This document shows positions 53,601 to 62,600 of a stretch of DNA of 64,000 nucleotides, in pieces. How positions within the stretch are numbered: position 1 is the first letter of the stretch; every line of letters begins with the position of its first letter. The translations under genes were made by a program, and so were the position numbers. Source of the DNA: Octopus sinensis (taxonomy: Eukaryota); assembly GCF_006345805.1 (NCBI RefSeq), contig NC_043007.1, positions 31,620,001 through 31,684,000 of the forward strand, written 5' to 3'. Below the pieces are notes generated by a model. That model did not search any database and was not told where the DNA came from. It saw only the letters and a list, made by a program, of their open reading frames with translations.

Positions 53601-56600
53601 TAGAAAATCTACCTCAGTAAACTCCATCCATCCCATACAAACATGGGAAGGTGGACATAAAAATAATGACAACAATTTGAAAATAATAATGATTTGCTAG
53701 TTGGTCTATCTGATAATCAGTTTTAAAGAATAATTTTGATGGGACCCAATAGTGTAGACTAAATTTAACAGTAGTTGTAAAATGTCATCTGGAATAGTGA
53801 GGGTCTTCTCTTCCCAATTCAGTGCAATTACATATTTTATATGCATTTTCCATTTTGTTTCCATTACTTTAGTCATTGCAAACAGAAATTGAAAACCACG
53901 AACCCCGTATTGATTCTGTTATTGCTGTTGGCCAAGAATTGGTTAATGAACAACATCCACAAGCTGACGAATTCCAACAACACATTGATGACCTTAGCAC
54001 TAAGTGGAAAACTCTAAAGGATGCTGTGGACGCAAGGAAAGCTCGCCTACAGCTCTCAGATATTGCCCAACAGGTATGGGAGAACCATTGGTAACATTTT
54101 ATTAAAATGTGATTTGCTGCTTTTTGCTTTTAATTTTTTATATTTTTTAAGAATTTTTTTGAGCCCTTTGCCTGACCGGAGCATCATCATCATCGTTTAA
54201 TGTCCGCTTTCCATGCTAGCATGGGTTGGACTATTTTGACTGAGGACTGGCGAACCAGACTCCAATCTGATCTGGCAGATTTTCTACAGCTGGATGCCCT
54301 TCCTAACGCCAACCACTCCTAGCGTGTAGTGGGTGCTTTTTACGTGCCACCAGCACAGGGGCCAGTCAGGCGGTACTGGCAACAACCTCGCTCGAATCTT
54401 TTTTGCTATGCCACCGGCACAGGTGCCAGTAAGGCGACATTGGTAACGATCACACTCGAATGGTGCCCTTTTACGTGCCATGGCACGGGGGCCAGTCAGG
54501 CAGTACTGGCAATGTGACATGCAGGACCTATTTCCCTGGTAACCATGCATCATATATGATATGCTTTTCTAACTTTTCCAACTGACAAAGTAACTCGGGA
54601 CTCTAGAAAGGAAAGTTTTATTTTCCTTTGAACATATCAAACAAGGGCTAACTAAAATTTTTGAAAACAAGCTTCTGCGTTTGAGACGAAACTTATGAAA
54701 ATGCTTTGGACAGGCAAAAGGGTTTTTTTTTTTCTCTTAATTTAAAAAAAAAAAAAACTGCTTTTTCAAATAATTTGTGTATTATTGGAAGCCTCTGTTG
54801 TCTTTTTTTAGTACTATCAAGATACTTCTGAGGCAGAATCTTGGATGAGTGAACAAGAACTTTACATGATGGGTGAGGAACGGGCCAAAGATGAAATTGG
54901 TGCACAGAATATGCTTAAGAAACACCAGAATCTCGAATCCGCTGTTGAGGACTATGCAGATGTTGTCCGCCAGTTGGGTGAGAGAAGCAGAAATTTGATT
55001 GAACAAGAACACCCAGAAAGGTGAGATTATCTCTTTGGTTATTTTTTTCATTCTAAGGTAAAAATAAGGAAAATATTTACAACATAGAAGACATATTAGC
55101 TGTTCAAAAAATACACAAAGACCGTTGATTTCCCTTAAAAGTTTCTTTGGTGTCAAGATATTTTGTCACACCAACTGCCACCTGGTGACTGATACAGTTC
55201 CATTTGCATTCAAAGGATGTTTGGCTGCCACTTTTCAATTTCTTCAATTTTGTCCCAATTGATTTCAAATTTGGTGTACTGATGTAGATTTGTACACTCA
55301 TTATTGACATGAAATTCATTTTTGCCATGAATCAATAAAGAGTTAACAGCTTTTAAAGTTTGTTAATTTTGAGTTATTTTAGCCAATCAAAAGTCACCGA
55401 CATATAGGTGCCTGTTTCCATAGTAACAATCAAAGTGTTGACATCAAACACGTTTACAAGAAACAAAAAACGTGTTTGAAATATTTCATTTGTTTAGTGT
55501 CTTTTCTGCTCTTAAAACTACAGAATTTGCTGTTTACTCTTTTTCTTCCCTCATTAAATGCATATTGAATGCTTAAAACTACAAAAGCATGTGTTTACAC
55601 GTTTTTTGGGGTGTCATTTTCCAAATCCTGTTTTCTGGCTGGGTAAAAATGATCAAACTTTAAACCTCTAATTTTTTAAAAACCTTTTTCTGGAACGAGT
55701 GAATTCTCTCTTGAGATTCAGCATGAAAAATTACATCGATACACCAAATTTTGAAAATTTTCACTCTAAATTTTAACATTTCAAAAAGTGCTGCCAAACT
55801 GAAAAAGTTCCATTCGCACTGTGTCAATGACCAGATGGGGCAACAAAAGGTTTGACACCCAATAAATTTGAGTGAAATTGTGTGTTTTTGAATGGCTTGG
55901 CTACAATTGTTTTAATTTCAATGCATGGTCACAGATCTAATCACTTACTTGGCAAGCACACCTATGAAGCATAGATATTAGTTTTAATTTATCCTTGGTT
56001 TACTTTTGTCAAATAAATGCAAATAAATATTTAAAAAAATTTTTTTGCTGCCTCTGTATTTATCGTATTTATTTCATTTTATTTATTAGTGAACAAATTG
56101 CTGTTCGCCAAGCACAAGTGGACAAGCTCTATGCTGGTCTGAAAGATTTGGCCCAAGAACGTCGTGGCAAGCTTGAAGAGGTGCTGAAATTATATATGCT
56201 AAGTAGAGAAATTGAAGACTTATTACAATGGATTGCAGAAAGAGAAGTTGTAGCAAAATCTCAAGAACTTGGTCAAGAATACGAGCATGTAACTGTAAGT
56301 TGGGTTTGACCGTTTTAATCTGATTGAAAATTATAACCATTTTGTAGGAATTAATATATTTTTCATAATGGACCCCAACTGAGATGCTTTTATAGTTATT
56401 TAAATATTGAGCCTTATTTTGTGACTACATAAATACATGTCTACATGGTTGTATGGTTACAAAGTTCACATCACAACCATGTAATTTGGATTATGTGGTA
56501 TTGTGGGTGGGCAAGTGTCTTCTACCATAAACTGGAGCTGACAAATGATTTGTGAATAGAGATATTGGATGGAAATCAAAAAGATGTGTTTGTGTGTATG

Positions 56601-59600
56601 TGGAAATATCAATCCAGCATGTTGTCCTTAGTCCTGGCTGAGCAAAAAGACTGTGACATCGGATTACTTTCTCCGACATCGGATTACTTTCTCCGACACC
56701 GGATTACTTTCTCCGACACCAGATTACTTTCTCCAGTGAGGTAATTCAGCAGCCATCTAGGACCAGTTGGAGGAAAAATTACCTTACTTGAAAAACAAAG
56801 CTGGCAACAAAAAGACCATCAGGCTGTAGAAAATCTTTCTCAAGTTGCATCTAATTCATGTTCATGCCAGCATTGGAAAATGGTGACAAGAGAAAACTTT
56901 ACTGGTTTTTCATCTGAAATGTGGAATTAATATTTATTTTAATGTCCTTTGAAACAAAGTAGATTTCTTACCATTGTTCTTATTCTGTGAAAAATAGCCA
57001 TAAATAGTGATTTGATATTTTCAATTTGTCTTGAAAGATCACACATAATTGAGTTTTTATTTATTTATTTTTTTTTTCCTTTTTCTTTTACAATCTTATC
57101 AGACTCTTAAAGAAAGATTTAAAGAATTTGCTAGAGACACTGAAAACTTTGGACAAGATCGTGTGGCCTCAGCAAATGAAATCTGTGATAGTTTGATTGT
57201 AGCTGAGCACTCTGATGCTCCAATTATTGCTCAATGGAAAGATAATTTGAACGAAGCCTGGACCGATTTGCTAGAGTTAATAGACACCCGCACACAGATG
57301 TTGCAAGCTTCATGGGAATTATGGAAGTTTAACCACGATTGCAAAGAAACTCTGGAAAGAATCCAAGTAAGTTTGAAAGACTTTTCTACTGGAGTATTGA
57401 GTTGGTAAAGTTATTGACTGCAAGTCATTTCCTGCATTAAACATGTTTGAGAAATTTCAAAATTTGGTTAATGAGCAATTTACTTAAAAAAAACCCAAAG
57501 TGATTTGTTTCATAACAAATTTCATAATCTTATTTCCCATATTCTAAATTTACATAATTTGTAATATTTAAAAAATTTTTATTTTTATCTAATTGCATTT
57601 TCTATTACAGGAAAAGAAGAATTACATACCTGAAGAAGTTGGAAGAGATGCTCAAAGTGTTGCTGTTCTTCAAAGAAAGAATGCTAACTTTGAACACGAT
57701 TTAGTTACTCTTGGAAATCAAGTAAGTTTCTTTGGCTGCTTCGGTTTGACTTTACTATTTTCAGCTGCCATCATCATCATCATCAAATGTCTGTGTTCCA
57801 TGATAACATGAGTGGGACAGTTGGTACCACAAGAGCCGGCCAGGCTGAAGCCTGAACCGGACTTCTGTTGTATCTTGTAAATAGCTTGATTTTCATTGCA
57901 CTAAATATTTAGCACCAGTTCAAAGAAGCAGCCATGTTCCCTAAATATATCAGTCTTTGGTGTAACATGCACTTGACTTTGCTTGCATTTTAGAGGTTGC
58001 ATCTTGTCAGAAACTGATGCATTTTCAAATCAAACCATTGACTAAATTATTAAACATTCCATTGTAAATATAACTAATTAATTATGTAGTATCAGTAACA
58101 TGAAGAGAATTACTCAACACCGTTTTCCTACGGAGACCAGAAAAGATTGTTTGCCAAGTGTTGTTTATAATTTTAGGATGCTTCTTTGAAATAGGAAATT
58201 TCCTCGTGGCTCTTGTTTTTCTGTTTGATTAATTTATATTTTGAAATATATTTTTCAAGGTTCATTTAATTCAAGAGGAATCAGCTTGCCTTCAAATTGG
58301 ATATGCCGGAGAGAAGGCGCGAGAGATTCAGAATTGGGAATCTGATGTGGTTAATGCCTGGCGTAATTTGCAATTAATGGTTGAGAGCCGACGAATGAGA
58401 CTTGCTGATGCCAGTGACCTTTATAGATTCTTTAATATGGTCAGAGACCTGATGTTATGGATTGATGACATCAGGCGGCAAATGAGCACTCAAGAAAAAC
58501 CAAGGTAAGTCGGTCGCTTCCATCATAAAACAGGACCAGATTTAAGGCAGCCGTTGAGGAAAATGAAATTTTCAGCTCTTTTTATCAAATATATTGCTTT
58601 AGCAAGTCTTCCATGCTGCAATAGATACTTCTACATCCTCTAAAAGTTCTAAAAAGGCTGGATAGCAATTTGCATGTGGTAAAAATTCCTAGAAAGAAAC
58701 TGACTCAATCCTTTTTTTGACAGTTTGTTTTACCAGTTTTTCCATTTCTTTTGAGGGTACGACTTTTCACGATTGTGTATACAGTTTGCATCGGTCACTG
58801 ATATCCTCCAGATGTTCTTGTAGTTGATACATAGCATTCATAGAGCTGGAGAAAACCTTTGGCAGTTTGCTACAGTCTGGTGGCTGCTAAGAAAACTAGG
58901 TCTACCTGAATGAATAAGTGAGAGCCATGTAAACCATACACAAAAATGTCAGCAAAGAGTCCAGCAAAGAATTTAGCCCATTGAGGTTCTGTTCTCAGCC
59001 ACATCCTGTTTATTGTAGCTCTTCAGGACATAACAAATTTAAGATCAGTTCATCATCATCATCATTTAACATCCGTTTTCCATGCTAGCATGGGTTGGAC
59101 GGTGATTGTTAAATAGGAATTCTTGTGTCTTGATGGCCTAGTTTTTGGAACAGAATCTCAGTAGTTTCAACAAATTCCAAACATGGACTCAAGCCATAGA
59201 CTTAAGAAGCCTCAAAGTAAATTTTGCGAAGACAAGAGTTTTAACAGGAAACAGGACTTTACCATCATGTGTTTCTGTTCAAAAGGAAAAGTTTAGGATT
59301 CACTAGCAGACAAATGGATAACTTTGTATGTAGCAGGATACATAGTAAGAGTTCTCACAAAATAAATTCTTTCAAATGATTGGAAGCCTTCTTGAAAATA
59401 GTTTACCTTGGTGATTTAATTAGCAGTGGAGGAGGGTGGTCTGAAAGTATGACAACCAGAATAGGAATGGAAGGAGTTCGGAATGTTATTACTTTGGCTG
59501 ACAACAGTGATTCTTGTTTCTCAATGAAAGGCAAATTGTATGATGGTTGTTTAGAAAGTGTGATGTTGCATGATAAACAAATGTGGGCATTGAACATGGG

Positions 59601-62600
59601 GGTGGGTCTGCAAAGATTGAAAAAGAAATGAAGCAAGGATTGCTCCGCTGGATGTGTAAATGTTTGTGTGTTGTGAACAAAGGAACACAAATGAGGTAGG
59701 AGCAAAACGGGATGAGGAGAATCAGATGTAATGAGCAAAGGAAAGAAAAAAAGACGTAGTTGATATGGACATACAATTTCTTTGGAAGAGGAATGTTGGA
59801 TATAGAAATGCCAAACAATCCAAAAAAACGATTAAATTTTATTAGAGGGAAGACGGGATGAAGTGGTGGAAGCTGGTTTCAGGAGGCTGAACTCCATGAA
59901 AGAGATGAGAAAGGGAATGCAACATGTGGTGAGACACTGCTGTCCAACCCATGCAAGTGTGGAAAAGCAGACAGAATGGGGATATGATGTATAATGAATG
60001 TAGGGTCCAGTTTGAATATCGCTAAGCTTGTGTGTGTGTGTGTTGCCCTTCAAAATCAAATCTGTTATTTTAATGGTCACTCATTTGTTGATTTTCCTTT
60101 CCTTTGCAGAGATGTGTCGGGTGTAGAGTTGTTAATGAACAACCATCAAAGTTTGAAGGCTGAAATCGATGCTAGAGAAGAAAACTTTGCCATTTGTATA
60201 AACTTAGGAAGAGATCTTATAACTCGCAAACATTACCGATCCAGTGAAGTGAGTGTCTTCGTTATTAATCAAAGTGGCTACTTTCTAATAATTCCCAATG
60301 AAATATTTTCCCAAGATTCTATTCATTTATTTTAATTTATTTGCTTGCTCACTACTTGTCTTATGATTATGTAATGAGAATTTATCTCGTTACCCAAAGT
60401 TTCCTGTGTAAATTTGGATATATATATATATAACAGAATTTCCACCAATCAGTGATTAGGAATAAACAAAATTTAGATTACTTAAAAAATGTTTGTGACA
60501 TGCTTTAACTTTTAAGGGTTTATTCACTGCAGTTACCAGGGGTGGGGTCTCCCTTAGGGTAAACTGTGTAAAAAACCACCATATTTGCCCAGTGTTTCCT
60601 TCTAGTGGATTCTCAGATGCGCGTTTCTAGCTCTTTAGCCTGTCTCAATGGAAAATACTGAAGAGAGATAACTCTGAACAGGTTGAAAGCTGTGTAGTTT
60701 TAACAAACAAGCAGTGAACATCAGTGACTGAGTTGTGCCAGTGGACTGCCTGGTGGAGTTTCAAATAGTGTTAGTGCTAGGTAGGGATTAGGAATGAATG
60801 AACTTGAGCTTAGCCATAAGAATTTTTACGGCACATTTTAACTTCTAATAACGAATTCATTGCATTACAACAGAGAGAAAATTCTCTCTCATGGTAAAAC
60901 ATACAAAAACACCTTTGTAACTTGGTGTATGTATGAATGATAGATAGAAAGATAAGAATCTTATGTTTATGAGCAAATTTTCATTGTTATTTTATAACTT
61001 AAACTTTTCCTCTAATTCTTTGTTTCTACGTTTTTTAGGTGAGAGAAAAATTAATACAGTTAACATCTCAAAGGCATTCCATGAATGAGCAATGGGATGA
61101 GAGATGGGAATACCTGCAGCTCAGTAAGTAACGATTTGTGTATCACTCGTATATTATTAGATAACTTGATTCCATTGTTAAACATAATCTATGGAGCATT
61201 GAGTAAGAATTTGTCCTTGGACGTATGTGGCTCTGTTAGAAATCAATATTATCTAGAATTATTTGGTAAAAGTCTTTGTGGTATCTAATTTCAGCCTTTT
61301 CATTGTAAGTTCTAGTCTTGTACCCATTAAAATACAGACACACACACATGATCTGTTCCTACATTAAATGACAAGCATTAAAGTATATTTTCATTGCTTA
61401 AACTTTTTCTGGCTAAGAACAAAAGTTGTCCGCTCTTCAGCAGTAACGGACCTTTCCAAATATCGTAATGGGAGTGAAAAAAAAAAAAAGAAAACTTTAA
61501 AAGTTTGTTAGAGCAAAAATATAATAAAGTAATTGGCTAGCTCAGATAACGAATCAATCACAGTTGACTGTACTAAGATGTGATTAAAATATTTGAATTT
61601 AGTTGTACATGGTATCACTCTTGATATTCACATGTGGCTTTGGAGAATGCCAGTGCCACATAAAATGCACATGTGTCAGTACCATGTATAAAACACCTAT
61701 GCTGGTGAGGCATAAGAAGCACTCAATACACTCTGTAAAGTGATTGGCATTAGAAGGGACATCCAACCATAGAAACCATGCCACAACGGATGACTTGGGG
61801 GCTGGTGCAACCCTCTGGCTTGCCATCTCTTGTCAAACTGTCCAACCCAGAGGAAATGGACATTAAATGAGGATGATGAGGATAAATATCACTAACTTAG
61901 CAGATCAACTGCATCTGCTCCTTATATTTAGCAACATTGTAACTGTGGATTTAATTAATCATCCTCATTGCATTCCCATTTTCCATATTGGCATAATTAA
62001 CACACAGGTAAATTGAAAAACGAATTTATAGACCATTGTTAGAACACAAATTGGGGTTATTTTTTTTCCCCCCTGTTTATTAATTATCCGTTGTGTAAGT
62101 TTTACTGAATTATAATAGACAGTGACTAACGATGAATCAACTCTGTTCCGTTTCCAGTTTTGGAAGTCTATCAGTTTGCTCGTGATGCTGCTGTTGCTGA
62201 ATCTTGGCTTATTGCTCAAGAGCCATACCTTCAAAACCAAGATCTTGGTGTACGTATTTCACTTATTTTTCTTAATGATTTTCAACTACGATCGTCACGC
62301 TAATTAATTTATTTACAATGATATTCAGTTGTACAATTTGCTTTTAAGAATTGGAAGTGATATTTAATATTTTTAATGTTTCTTTTCTTTGTGTTCTGCA
62401 GGACACACTTGATGCAGTTGAAAATCTTATTAAGAAACACGAGGCCTTTGAAAAATCTGCAGCAACTCAAGAAGAACGATTTGCTGCCCTCGAAAAACTT
62501 ACAACAGTAAGTGGGGGTTTATTTATTTCTCTTTTTTTTTTGTTTTTTTTACTAGCCTAATTGCTTCTGGAGGTCAAGTCTAAAACGACAGACAAAAAAG

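Noticed and set aside
56655-56734. CRISPR-like array
   Set aside because: Units are directly adjacent with no spacers, there are no cas genes, and the context is a eukaryotic intron.
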